DNA of 62,887 nt, filler included, from Rhabdomonas costata (lineage: Eukaryota): the NCBI GenBank assembly GCA_019059605.1. It is 49 parts of 49 records of this genome, joined end to end, with 100 filler letters (N's around TTAATTAATTAA, not from the genome) between each part and the next. Parts side by side here need not be neighbours in the genome. Positions count along the whole stretch, not along the records: positions 25,705 to 26,890 come from JAHMHO010024511.1; positions 26,991 to 28,176 come from JAHMHO010024512.1; positions 28,277 to 29,462 come from JAHMHO010024513.1; positions 29,563 to 30,748 come from JAHMHO010024514.1; positions 30,849 to 32,034 come from JAHMHO010024515.1; positions 32,135 to 33,320 come from JAHMHO010024516.1; positions 33,421 to 34,606 come from JAHMHO010024517.1; positions 34,707 to 35,892 come from JAHMHO010024518.1; 41 more parts are not named here. One strand, 5' to 3'. The notes under the pieces were generated by a model, which ran no database searches, was not told where the DNA came from, and worked only from the letters and a program-made list of their open reading frames with translations. Below are positions 25,732 to 37,508 of this stretch, one piece after another. Numbering within the stretch: position 1 is the first letter of the stretch; each line of letters opens with the position of its first letter. The translations under genes were made by a program, and so were the position numbers.

Positions 25732-26245
25732 CAGCGGAATTGGCTGCCCATTGAGGGCCATCTCTCTGCTGCATATGTGGAACTGGTTGCGCAGAGGCTG
25801 GAGTTCGTGTGCGAGGCCTTCCCCCTTGTCCGGGCTTCCAACAACTAGGTACAGGGACAACTTCTTCGTGCAGAAGGAAATGACGGCTGCTGAGAGGGAG
25901 CGAACAGCTGCGGACCTTACAGAGCTGCTGCTCATGCCAGTGGTCTTTGAGAGGAATGGGCGGGAAGCGCAATGTTTTGAGGTGCGCCTGGAGTGGAAAG
26001 CGGAGCGTCAGGTTAAGGCCGTTCTTGCTTATTGGACGGACGTCGATTGCCGTGGAGATAGTAGTGACGTGCTGACATGGCCAGAGCTGCAGGACCTACG
26101 GACACCAGATCTGCTGCGCGGGCTTCTGGAAAGGCTTGCGTCTAAGCTGGTCCAGTACACGGCCACGAATGTAGGAGACCTACCGGACTCCATCCGCCAA
26201 GCAGTGCGGTTTCTTCGTGACAGGGGGTGCCCAAAGAAGTGGTGA
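25732..26245 (+). mobile_element. Degenerate Penelope-like (PLE) reverse transcriptase, motifs 4-7 and thumb
   Basis: QRNWLPIEGHLSAAYVELV (motif 4-like), a frameshift, then RYRDNFF, PVVFE....QCFEVRL and FLRDRGCPKKW (RGYP-like thumb); no introns. Confidence 0.6.
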
Positions 26246-28039
26246 CCTTATCTTGCCTTATCCTTCGCCGCCTTCCCGTTGCTTTTCCGCAGGTGGGATG
26301 GTTTACCATGACGGTCGTGGCCCCGCTCGCCGCTTGCTTGCTCCGGTTCCGCCCGGACCCGTAAGTGATCTCTTCCTCCAAAATCAACCACCATATATCA
26401 TTATACCTGGTGATTTATTCACAGCATCGGCCCGAAAGCTAATTCCGGACTATTTTGAACTGGAACGCCCGAAGTCCAAACGGGCCTGCTGGATGACCAG
26501 TTTTTGTATAACATAATGTCGTGACCACATCCACCGTGCCGTAATACTGATTCTATTTTTTTTTACCAAATTGCTCATTAGTTCAGCGCCGTGCTGTTTT
26601 TTATTGCGCTCAAATGCTAAAAGAAATCAAGCAAAGACCGCTCATGATCCCATATGTCGCGAGCCTTTGGTAAATTAAAATGTGCTAAAACTCTACCTCA
26701 CTTTGCACGATTTTAAATGGGATGGATCACTTTCTCCTCTATGATCCGATATATCTACTGTGACAATTTATGAGACACTCCATTATATTTTTCTGCACTT
26801 GCACATGGATGTTAGTCATACCCACAAAACCTGCTCTAATTTAATCAACATTGACATCATCTTGAATCTCTTCATTAGCACAAAAAAAACNNNNNNNNNN
26901 NNNNNNNNNNNNNNNNNNNNNNNNNNNNNNNNNNTTAATTAATTAANNNNNNNNNNNNNNNNNNNNNNNNNNNNNNNNNNNNNNNNNNNNTGTCTGAATA
27001 CGCTGATAGGGAGGGGGGGGGGAGCACACCTGCGCAGCAGTCCGCTAGGCTGCAGTTCGACGACGAACATACCGTGCCAGAGCCCTTTGTGGTGTACGCC
27101 GCGGGACAGCTGAAGCTTTCGCAGGTAGGATGCTCTACGAGAGAGGGAGGGGGAGGGGGGATTATGTTCAAGTCCCCCGCACGCACTGCTAGCCAGCAGC
27201 TTTTGAGAGATGCGATTTCGCCGAGCAAGCCGAACCCAAGCTGTACTGGAACAAGAGTGTCAAAGGGATGCTGAGGAGCATTTCAATCCCAGGCGTTAAA
27301 CGGCCATCAGCGGGTCACTTGAGCGCTTTATTTGCGCAGAAGGAGAGATACACCCATCTAGACGCGAGAAGCGGGTGGGAACTGCAAGGGTGTTGCGGAT
27401 CTTGGCCTCGTGGTTGCCCATGGGGGAAAATTCCTGATCCGGGTCGCAAACGACAGAATATTGGGATTTTTTCGGATGACTGCAAATATCGCAAGATATT
27501 TTACCATGAAAACAAACCACGAAAAACGCAATTCTGCCAACCCGCCACTATGCATGTTAAATTGGCCAAAATCCGCAACAGGTTCAGAAAAACCTGTATT
27601 CTATCTATTCTATTACGCATAGGATGGCGTCACTTCACAAAAAGGCTCAGAATTTTAAACCAAATCGCTATTGAGTGGAAAAGCGTTTCGCGGTCTGGCA
27701 CTGCCGTGACTTTCGTGAAATAAGCAGGTGCAGGGGAATATATGATTGGATAATCCATTGACGCTGAAAACGTTTGCCGAACTTGAATTCAAATCGAGTT
27801 TTGGGTTTCTACGATACTGACAGAGTCACGTACATCACCCCTTGACCCGAGGAGCTTTCCCAGGCCCCCCATCCAGGAAAACCGGAAATTTTGAATCTCA
27901 AATCTTGAAACGGCCCAAATTATAAGAACAAAATATTAGATCCAGGCAAACCAGCCAGAAACCACCGAAATCCACCTGGACAGCCCAAGGCCCCACAAGT
28001 GAGTCGCCTTCCATCGCCATTGGACCAATGGGATTCGAG

Positions 28040-28157
28040 TTTTGGGGTGAGCCCCTCGGACCCCCTGTGAGCTATAGCACGGGAGATTCCACGATACTCT
28101 GTCGCAGAAATATCCCGTGCTATAGCTCACAGGGGGTCCGAGGGGCTCACCCCAAAA
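28040..28157. repeat. Perfect 45-bp inverted repeat with 28-nt spacer at contig end
   Basis: 28040-28084 is the reverse complement of 28113-28157. Confidence 0.92.
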
Positions 28158-30196
28158 AACCAAACACACACCCCCCNNNNNNNNNNNNNNNNNNNNNNNN
28201 NNNNNNNNNNNNNNNNNNNNTTAATTAATTAANNNNNNNNNNNNNNNNNNNNNNNNNNNNNNNNNNNNNNNNNNNNGGTTTTGGGGTCGCATTTCGGACA
28301 GTTCAAGGGCATTTTTAACGACCAAAGGTGCACATTTCGTACCTGTGCAAGACTGCATCCTGGTGTTCTGGCCGGAGCTACTTTGTATTTCTAATGGCTA
28401 GGCCTGGATGTTTTTATTTAAAGCCACGCTACCGGCAACTTATTGAACGTTTTGTGGTGTTTTGGGGACCTCTTTTCTTGAAACCGGCTTGTAGGAAAAT
28501 TTGCGTTGGCAATGGCCTTACATTTGATAAGAGTGCAGACGGGACTAACTTGCAGAATTTTCCGTGTCCATAAATCAGCACGTTATCAAAGGAAAACATT
28601 TGTGTAAACACTTCATCTAAAATATTTCAACTAGCAGACAATTTTCTGAGTTTTCAGGTTTCACAAAAGAGAGAATTCGAGTTATACGCTGCAAAAAAGT
28701 GCAAACACAACCAGGCAAATAAGAGGAAATACACTTCAGAAAGCAGAATTCAAATCAAAAGCTCCAAAGCAGTAATGTTAAAGGAGGGCAAAAAGTTCAG
28801 AAAGTCTTTTTGGGTCGACACAAGCGCTCAACGCTGGTAAAAACGGCGATAAATCTTCGTGTTTCGTGCTTATGCATGCCATAATGTCGCTCACCTCGGC
28901 CTTTGGGGCCTGAAAAAATATGCCCGGCGAAATTATTGTCGCGTCCCGGATATTTTCTCAAGCCAAGACCACCCGGGTGCTTTGCCCCACCGCGATGGTT
29001 GGGACTACGTTGTTGAAGGGTAGGAAGGATAAGCCCGACAAGAATATATTCCCAGGTCTGCTTCTGGACCTGCTTCAGCTCCCTTCCCGATGGCCTTGCC
29101 GAACTTTTTCTGGCGGAAAAAACCGCTGCCCAAACGCCGGGTTCATCGTCGTTCCTTAGAAACAAGCGGCAACCATTCCTTGAACGAAGCTTTTCCTTTC
29201 AAATATTTTTTCGGAAATGCGCGGTTTCCAGTTCGGCCGAAGGAAAACCTTTCAAAAAAGTGCCGCCGCGGCCTTTGAAGAAGCCGAGGCCTTGGTCCGG
29301 AACACATCGGCAACCGAGGAATCTGCACATGAGCGGTCTGATAAATAACGGAAAACGTCGAAAATTCCACCGGCAAAAAGAAATGGCGGCACATAAGCTC
29401 CACATAACCATTCATAGCAAGGAGTCCCCTAAATAAGGGGTGTGGCCGGCGGCGCCGCCAAANNNNNNNNNNNNNNNNNNNNNNNNNNNNNNNNNNNNNN
29501 NNNNNNTTAATTAATTAANNNNNNNNNNNNNNNNNNNNNNNNNNNNNNNNNNNNNNNNNNNNGGTTTTGTTGGGATTTTAGCCCAAATGGTATCCTCTCC
29601 TGATATCGCGGCCATGCATGCTTCACCGCTCACCTGCTGCTGCTTCTCTTTCTTATTTTTGCAGTCAAGGCGGCTGGTCCATGCCCTCGGAGCCTTGAGC
29701 TGCCGCTCCTTTGAGCCTGGAACATGGTGTGGAGGGGGGAGGGATTCATGCGTGTGCTGTCTCGTATTTCTTCGCTTCGCTTCTATTCTCTCCTCTGTTA
29801 CCTTCACAAGAAAAACTACCCCTTTGCCAAATACGACTGCAGACAAGGGCACTCGCGAGCAGAAGCGCTCTCTCACACACTCGTGCGGGTACGGTGCCAG
29901 TACCCCCCACGCCCCGCACCCCCGGAAGAGAAATACATTGCAGAACCAGCCAGTGGGCACTTTCAGGCACTCTGGTTGGGTGATTGCACCCAAAGCTGTT
30001 GCGTCAACCTGAGTTTGGGTGATGCAGGCAAAATCGCTTCGTGGCATTACATCGGAAAAGCCCCAGATCAAGGGCTTGGGAGCGCGCAGCCCCTGCCCCC
30101 CATCTTTCCCTGCCAGCCTCTTCCTTCGTGTGGTTTGGCAGGGCGTCCCCGAACCTCAACCTGGGGCTGACCGTTGCCCTAGGGCGGTCCACTCAG

Positions 30197-30735
30197 GAAA
30201 AGGTCCGCGAGACTCCCTCCACGGACTCCGAGGTGGACATTGAGCAGCTGCTGCAGTCCCTCAATGCCGGGGAGACCGCAACACAGCAGCCCAAGGCCCC
30301 GAAGACCCCGCCGCAGGCCCGAGACTTGCCTCGCCCCGTAGCCATGAAACCCACCCCGCGTGCCGCCGCGAAGGCCGCGAAGGCCCCTCCTCCCTCCGAG
30401 CAAGGCAGCGAGACCCCTGCAGAGCGGGAGCCCAGAAACAGGAAACGGGGCAACCCTAGGCGACTCAGCGCCACCACAGTGGAGCAGCCTTCAGAGGGTG
30501 CGACTCCGCCTCCTGTTGCTGCTGCTGCGGCGGCGGCTGTTCCTCGCTCTTGTTCTGTGGAAGCCTCGGAGCCACGCCCGCGGGGCGGGCAGGCGAAGGC
30601 CTCGAAGAGTTCCAGGGCGTCCGAAGAGGGCAGCGAGAATGCCCCTGTCAGCCGGCAGGACTCAGAGGTCTCCGGCAGGGGGACGAAGCCCTCGAAGGTC
30701 GCCCCTCACAAGGCACCTGCCAAGCAGCCTGCAAA
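30197..30735 (+). CDS. Low-complexity Pro/Ala/Ser/Lys-rich exon
   Basis: CAG|EKVRETPSTDSEVDIEQLLQSL...PAK|GT; a long GC-rich open frame. Confidence 0.6.
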
Positions 30736-31142
30736 GTATGCACAAAAANNNNNNNNNNNNNNNNNNNNNNNNNNNNNNNNNNNNNNNNNNNNTTAATTAA
30801 TTAANNNNNNNNNNNNNNNNNNNNNNNNNNNNNNNNNNNNNNNNNNNNGGGTTGGGTGTGGGAGGTGGCCGCTGCAGCGGTGCCTGAATAGCTTTCCCTG
30901 TTGTTCGGAGGGAAATTTTCCCGGGGAGTAGAGAGGAAATGGTTCTGTGGCTGGTGTTCCTTCTCACTTGTGTGTTTTCGAACCCGCGTTTACATCGCAC
31001 TTTGGCGTACGTAAACCCAGCAAGGAACCCACTCCTGTGAAACCCGCTCAAAGATAACATACTTCTCTGAAAAGGGCAGGCGTAAATCGCATGGAGGGAA
31101 ATGAAACCCATTTACATCGTTTTTTTTGCGATTGGGGTTCAG

Positions 31143-31287
31143 GTTGCGCGGTGGAAGCTTCTGGCCAAGCCTCAGGTACTTATGTCTTCCTCGGACTCGC
31201 GGGTGTGGTGGTCCAACCCTGAGCGAGGGCTGTACGGCTCGGGCTCTCTGGAGGGCGTCATGGGCTTCGACCGATTCGGGGCCGCTG
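31143..31287 (+). CDS. Exon of an unknown protein
   Basis: CAG|VARWKLLAKPQ...VWWSNPERGLYGSGSLEGVMGFDRFGAA; donor is either G|GCAAGT or GT at 31292. Confidence 0.5.
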
Positions 31288-32177
31288 GCAAGTGAGGCTT
31301 GGCTTGAAAGTCTAAACAGCTTTGGAATGTGTGTGTTGTTTGTATTTTTACGGGGGCTGATGTCAGCTCCTTTGTGTGGTTTAATGTGCAGCACGCTTGC
31401 ATGTCCTTGGATGCTGTCTGAATTTCATGGTTTGCTCCAGAGCCCGGATGCTGCTGCTCGCTCGCAAAAATATGAAAGCTTTTCTGACTGGAGACCTGTC
31501 AAAACAGCAGATCATGCAGCCGTCCTGGATGAACACCAAGCTGGGGGCAGGCAAGTGATGTTGGCGTGCACCAGCAGCCAGCGCAAAACCATCGCGCTTT
31601 TCGAGATTTCGGGAGTGGGCATCCATCTAAGTCGCCTTCAGAAATGTGCGCCGGGCCCTTCAAAGATGAAATTTACTTGTCAGCCTAATTTCTAACGTGC
31701 GCACGGCAAAAACAACCTTGAAGCGGAGGCAACTGGTTCGATGTGGCTTGAAATGCCGCCCACCAAAGGCCACCAATTTGTGCTTGGTCTATTTAGAAGG
31801 CGCCGTTTACATCACGGCGAGATGAACATCATGTTGTGTTGATAAGAAAAACGTTGGGATACTCTTGATGGAAACTCCCGGAGCGGTTTTTTATTCCTGC
31901 CAAGCTTTTTCGATGTTTTTGAAGCAAGCGTGTGTTGATGGAACGCGCTCCGGAACGCATGGGCGCAGGGCAATTGAAGGAGAACAGTTGTCTTCGACTG
32001 GAGGGCCCACTCCCGTACAATGGGCGGTGGTTCTNNNNNNNNNNNNNNNNNNNNNNNNNNNNNNNNNNNNNNNNNNNNTTAATTAATTAANNNNNNNNNN
32101 NNNNNNNNNNNNNNNNNNNNNNNNNNNNNNNNNNGGTGGTGGTTCTGTGTCCACACCCAAGGGTAAATTGGGCCCAG

Positions 32178-33243
32178 GTTGATGGAAGGAGTCCTGGAAT
32201 TCACGATCCACCAGATCCGGTGCACTGCCTTTGACACAGGGATCCAAAATGGTGAACTGGTTCTGACCTCATTCAGGATCCGGAGTTTTTCCACAGTTTT
32301 GTATATGGTATGCCCATCACTTTTCATAGTATTCAACCGAGCTCGGATTTCAAGCACACTTCCACACAGTTTTGGAAGAAAAACAATTAACGGTTGTCAC
32401 CGGCGCCGGGCGGAGACAACACCGGAGACAACGCAGCAGAGACCAACACAAGGGGGGAAGCTGAAGAGGTGAATCTTGAGATCCAAATAACTTCATCTGC
32501 CATATGCTCCCCTTTCCTCTTCAGATTTCATCACAGTTGGAAGCGGGTGTCTGTGTATGTGTGGAAAAGCTGCAGCTCGACACAAGCTGAAGGGACAAAA
32601 GATAAGCAATTGTAGTTCAAAGGTCCATCCAAAACAAAAAATTCGACCATTAACCATGACGTCATACTCAAGACGCAGGACTACATTGGCACGCAGCAGA
32701 CAAAAACCAAGCAAAAAATTCAGTTTGTGGGGGAGGGGGGGGAGGTCACACAACGCAACACAACATACTCGATTCTGCTGCCGCAGCCCAGCTTCTTTCC
32801 ATCCGTCCATCTGAGATGGGTGGGGTGAGGGAAGAAGGGAATGGCTTCGGGCTCGAAACCGAAGAGTTTATGAACGAGCATCTCCGTCACACCAACAATC
32901 CATCAAGCGGGTGACAAAGGCAAAGTATGAAAATTCCTCTCTTACCCCGAACCCTCCACACAAAGCCCAGGTCACCGAGGTCGGTGAACGGTGCACATCC
33001 CCGCGAACAAGAACACAGACCTTTATATTTGTATCTCGGGGACCCTGAAGGAAGAAGCAAAGCCGTGAGTGCGGCAAAAAGATGCCGGTATGTGGCGCCT
33101 GAACGCAATACACGGTACACTCCAACCCAACAGATTACGGCCGAAGCAGGGCCCTGGTTGGTTAGGACATATCATTTCCTGTGGTGGCCCCTCGAAACCA
33201 GTGAGAAGCTTGGGCTGGACGAATCCATTTACCCGATGCAACG
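32178..33243 (+). CDS. Probable exons of an unknown, possibly C2-like protein (32178-32251, ?-33064, 33134-33243)
   Basis: MEGVLEFTIHQIRC, LYLYLGDP and YHFLWWPLE bounded by GT/AG sites; phases not fully reconciled. Confidence 0.35.
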
Positions 33244-33420
33244 GTACTGCGGGTGGAGGAAAACCCATTCCACCTCCGCTGCCCAATGCAATCACACAAA
33301 AACAATGTGCCACCCAAAGCNNNNNNNNNNNNNNNNNNNNNNNNNNNNNNNNNNNNNNNNNNNNTTAATTAATTAANNNNNNNNNNNNNNNNNNNNNNNN
33401 NNNNNNNNNNNNNNNNNNNN

Positions 33421-33863
33421 CTCTCGGAGAATGGGGTGTATTGTGAGCGCGAAGAAGGCTGGGCCCAAGGGGTCTCTCTGGTGGGCCCCATGGGAAGACA
33501 AGAACTCCTTACCTGCAATGGGGACGGAAGGCTGGCCGTAGCTGAAGTGGGCCCAGCCAGCTCCCGAGTGGTGCGGGACAGCAGGCTGCTTGCCGAAGGA
33601 GGGCATGCCTGTCTACGCTGTTGAAAGCGTTGCTCAGGTCCACTTGGAGGGCAAAGAGAGCCTTGTCGTGGGCAAATAGTTGACGCAGCTCTCGGGCTAA
33701 GCTCTGCGCCTCCGGGAATCCCCACTCCGACCTGAAGAGGGCTGAGCTCGTCAACCAGAACGTCGCCGTGCACTGCGGTTAGGGCCTTGGAGGTAATGCG
33801 CCACAGTATTTCGCCGACAACGATGGGCCCCAAACCTCCGGTCTGTTTCCGAAAGGGACGAGC
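33421..33863 (-). mobile_element. Degenerate CRE-clade non-LTR retrotransposon RT domain
   Basis: GGLGPIVVGEILWR...LSPLQVGVGIPGGAE / VDLSNAFNSVDR / SYGQPS...GAHQRDPLGPAFF across two frameshifts. Confidence 0.88.
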
Positions 33864-34398
33864 TGAGCGGCGGAAATCCATGGCGCGCCCCATGCGGATA
33901 ACAGTCTGGCGGCAGATATTTCGAGCCAGCGCAGCGACTGGAGAACGTCATGCTGTTCTTGCAGTCGGAAGCAAACAGAACTTGCGGAAGAACCATCTAC
34001 CCCAGTGCAGCCAATCGTGACACCGAGCCTACTTTCCAAACAAGCACGCACAGATCTCCCCAGAGACCGCTGCCAAGAAATAGCAACCAACCACACCACG
34101 AGAACTACCAAGAATGACCAATGACGAACGCCACAAAGAAGCAAAGAAGGATAGCCAGGCACAGCATGTCCACGAGGCAGAGAGACACATGTATGTGTAT
34201 ACATGGGCACATACATATCGCCCCTTCGACATCATGTATTGTAGGTAAAAACCGGCCGCTGTCGCGAAGGCCGGAGACCAGGAATAATAGCGTAGTGTGG
34301 CGGTAAAGCTGACCTTTGGGGGACAGTTCATCTCTGTTTGGGCATTTTTCATTTGCCCCTTGCTTCAGTGAGCTCGTTTCTCGCTCACATACGCAAAG

Positions 34399-34606
34399 AT
34401 GACCCATCTGCTTCCCGGGTTGCTTGTGTTCGCGTCGGTCTTGGTCTCCATGTGTGGTGGCCAGACAGTCAGCGTGCCCCTGACTTGCGACGGTCAGAAG
34501 GTCTACGTCCATCTCACTCTCGGCACCCCAGGTGTTACCGTCACCGCTGTGGTGGACACGGGCAGCGCGATGCTCTACAGCTTTCTCTACAACCACAGCG
34601 CCACCC
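34399..34606 (+). CDS. Secreted pepsin-like (A1) aspartic protease, N-terminus
   Basis: A signal peptide followed by YVHLTLGTP...VVDTGS. Confidence 0.85.
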
Positions 34607-34811
34607 NNNNNNNNNNNNNNNNNNNNNNNNNNNNNNNNNNNNNNNNNNNNTTAATTAATTAANNNNNNNNNNNNNNNNNNNNNNNNNNNNNNNNNNNNNN
34701 NNNNNNTTTTTGGGGGTGCACTCTTCAGGGGCTTGACAATGTGACAGGGAAAATTCCTGCAGCATGAAAGAAGGGCAACTATATTTTGGTTGAAAACTGC
34801 ATGCGAAAGAC

Positions 34812-35882
34812 CAGGAAGCGGTTCCAGAACATGAAGGCGTTGTTCTTGGGGGTCAGGTCCTTGCACGCCAGTCCTGTGTGGGCGCGCGCGCGACCTCCCC
34901 ACCGCCAGCCGGATTGGTGTGTGTAGATGGAAAAAAGAAAACGCACATTTTTTGGGGTCGTTCGCCGCGTGTTGGTATGAGTGCGTGTGACCTGGAAAGA
35001 CCGGGAAATGGACGAGAGGGCAGAACGCCTTCTGCAAGGTGTGTGGGACGTGGCTGTCAACCACGAGGAGTCCTGACGAAGGCCTGGGGGAGCTCTGTTT
35101 AGGACCTCACACGTCTTGCACGCGGAGCCCAGGCTTTCAGCTGGGGCTGCTTCTCACACCTTAGAGCCTTAGGGGCAAGGAGAACGCTGACATGAGAGTG
35201 TGCTGGACTGCTTTGCAGCTGCAAAGCGCCATTTTGGCTTTATTTCAATACAAACCTTGAAGGGTGCGAAGAGAACACCGGTTTTTGTGCCTGTGTGTGT
35301 GTGTTCGTTAGGGGACGTGCGGAGGGCGGAAGGGGAGGCACACCGGCGTCGTAGTAGGCGCGGTCTGCAGGGATGACATCGACGAACCGCAGCAGGGCCA
35401 CCATCAGCTTTGCCGCGATGTTTGCTAGGCCGAGCCGCTTTGCCACCACCGCCACAGCGTAGTGGTGCACCACAAGGAACTGCCGCCGCAGCGTCTGTTA
35501 CCCCCCACACACACCATGCCACCCCCAGTACAAAGAGGAGCTTGTATTTTGGTCTTAGTCTTGGTCTTGTCCTTGGTCTCAGGGCGCAGTCTTCATCTTC
35601 AAGCAAAGCCCATGGTGCCACATCAGCGGTGAGCATGCTTTTCAACATGTCGCTGACCATACACTGTGACAGGAATTCCTTCGCGGAGCTTGTGCGAGTG
35701 AAAATGCTCCTGGGGTGGCTGGTGTATGATCTTGCTGAGAACTTAGGGGGGCGGGGACGGATGATAAGGAGGTGCCATCTCGCCACCTCCAGGGGGATGA
35801 CGTCCTTGAAGTACTTCATGTCGTTGACGAGCTTCCACAGGCTGTTCCGGATGGGCATGATGTCCAGCTCCACGGGGAGGAT
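34812..35882 (-). CDS. IFT172: Intraflagellar transport protein 172, C-terminal part (exons ~35882-35787, 35494-35344, 34873-34812)
   Basis: HHYA...AAKLMVALLRFVDVIPADRAYYDAGLACK...NAFMFWNRFL matches the IFT172 C-terminus; GT-AG introns are in phase. Confidence 0.92.
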
Positions 35883-36116
35883 ACCACCAACCNNNNNNNN
35901 NNNNNNNNNNNNNNNNNNNNNNNNNNNNNNNNNNNNTTAATTAATTAANNNNNNNNNNNNNNNNNNNNNNNNNNNNNNNNNNNNNNNNNNNNACTTGAGG
36001 TCCAGTTAGGCGTTCTTATTGCAGGTCTGTACATATGAGTATGTCTATCATCAACTTTAAATGCCAGAAAGACACCACAAGCGCACGTGCACGCGTTTTC
36101 GGGGACGAATTGGTAG

Positions 36117-36879
36117 GAAGCCGTGCAGAACCGCAATAAGGAGACCGCCAACGCCTCCCTTCAAATCGACATGAGCCTCGCGATCCATACGGGAGGTGCG
36201 TCCATAGACTTCCATGGTGCCAGTATTACACGAAAGCGCATGAAATCTGCATCACATATCGGGGGGTCACTCTATTGCGGCTCGCGCATCCGCTGCGTGC
36301 GCATCTGCCTGCAACTCCTCCCTAGTTTGTCGGTGGTTAGTTGCCTCACAGTGGACGCACGTTGACCGTTTGTCTTGCATTTTGAACAAGAACCACGCAA
36401 GCCCTTCAGAAGTGGCTTCCGTTCTTGCGTCAGACATTTAACTGCGTTGTCCACACCCGCTGAGAACATGCCTGGCTCAAGGGATGCTTCTGGCATATTC
36501 GAACTTTTGACAGTTTCCTCTCACGTGTTGCGACTGTAAAATTGCACCTTAGGATTGCCTCAACTGATCTTTGGCTGTGCCCCCGTTTAAAGGCGTTTGC
36601 GACGGTATTATATTGTGATGCTTATTTGCCCCTTCGGGGCTGCTGGGCGCAACTCCAAGTGCCACTCGTAGGTACGAACGATGGTCGCGCAGCAGACCCC
36701 CCCCCATCGCGGGTTGTTGTGGTCTCTCGCGAATGAACGTTGTTTAATCTGAGTAGAGTAGTCGGATAGCATTGTTGCAGCCATCGCCTGTCTCTGCAGA
36801 CCTTATGCTGGGCACCGTTGGAGATCAGGTCCGCCAGGACACCGCAATCATCTCCGACGCTCTGACCACTGCCTTGCAG
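36117..36879 (+). CDS. Class III nucleotide cyclase domain, exons 36117-36195 and 36800-36879
   Basis: The spliced product reads LAIHTGDLMLGTVGDQVRQDTAIISDALTTALQ; phase-1 GT-AG intron. Confidence 0.85.
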
Positions 36880-37349
36880 GTGGGGCAATTCCCTCCTGTT
36901 TTTCTGTTCTGGGATGTTAGCACTGGATGAGCTGGCAGGCCGCTTCTCGACCTGTGGGATGTGCCTACACCGAGAAATGGCCCCCTCTCCCCAGTATCCA
37001 TTTTCGGCCCGTTTGACTTGAAAAGAAGACTTCAGCGATCTCAGGTGACGCGCCCTGGAATGGCCTTTGGATGAGTCATTTTGGTCCACTAACGGCGCTG
37101 GGGAGAGGGAGATGGCACCTCCCCCCCCCCGAGTCCCATACTCTCTGGACCTCTCCATCTGACCAACACACCCAACCCNNNNNNNNNNNNNNNNNNNNNN
37201 NNNNNNNNNNNNNNNNNNNNNNTTAATTAATTAANNNNNNNNNNNNNNNNNNNNNNNNNNNNNNNNNNNNNNNNNNNNTAGTCCCAGCGGCGGAGTCCGC
37301 AGGAGAAGTGTGAAGCGCCAGGTGCGCGAGCAAGCGAGGTTGTAAAGGG

Positions 37350-37508
37350 GAAGGTGGTTTAGTCCCCTTCCGAGTGTTTCGGGTCGAAGCGAAGGCGGTC
37401 AAGTCACCTTCGAGGTGAGGCAAGGTACGAGAAGCGAAGCGGGCAAGTCGGTCGGGGAGTTTGACGAATTAAGACGGGTTGCGGAACGAAGGTGGTTAAG
37501 TCCCCTTC
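37350..37508. repeat. Three copies of a 21-bp quasi-palindromic motif GAAGGYGGTYWAGTCMCCTTC
   Basis: Copies at 37350-37370, 37391-37411 and 37488-37508. Confidence 0.8.

Noticed and set aside
26549-26566. Spliced-leader RNA gene (TCTATTTTTTTT)
   Set aside because: It lacks the rest of the euglenid SL exon and the following CG|GT donor.
34856-34875. Apparent third copy of the GGTCCTTGCAC block
   Set aside because: It lies within an IFT172 exon and the other blocks are absent.
35169-35873. 234-aa ORF as one protein
   Set aside because: IFT172 homology switches frame at GT-AG junctions, so the ORF reads through an intron.
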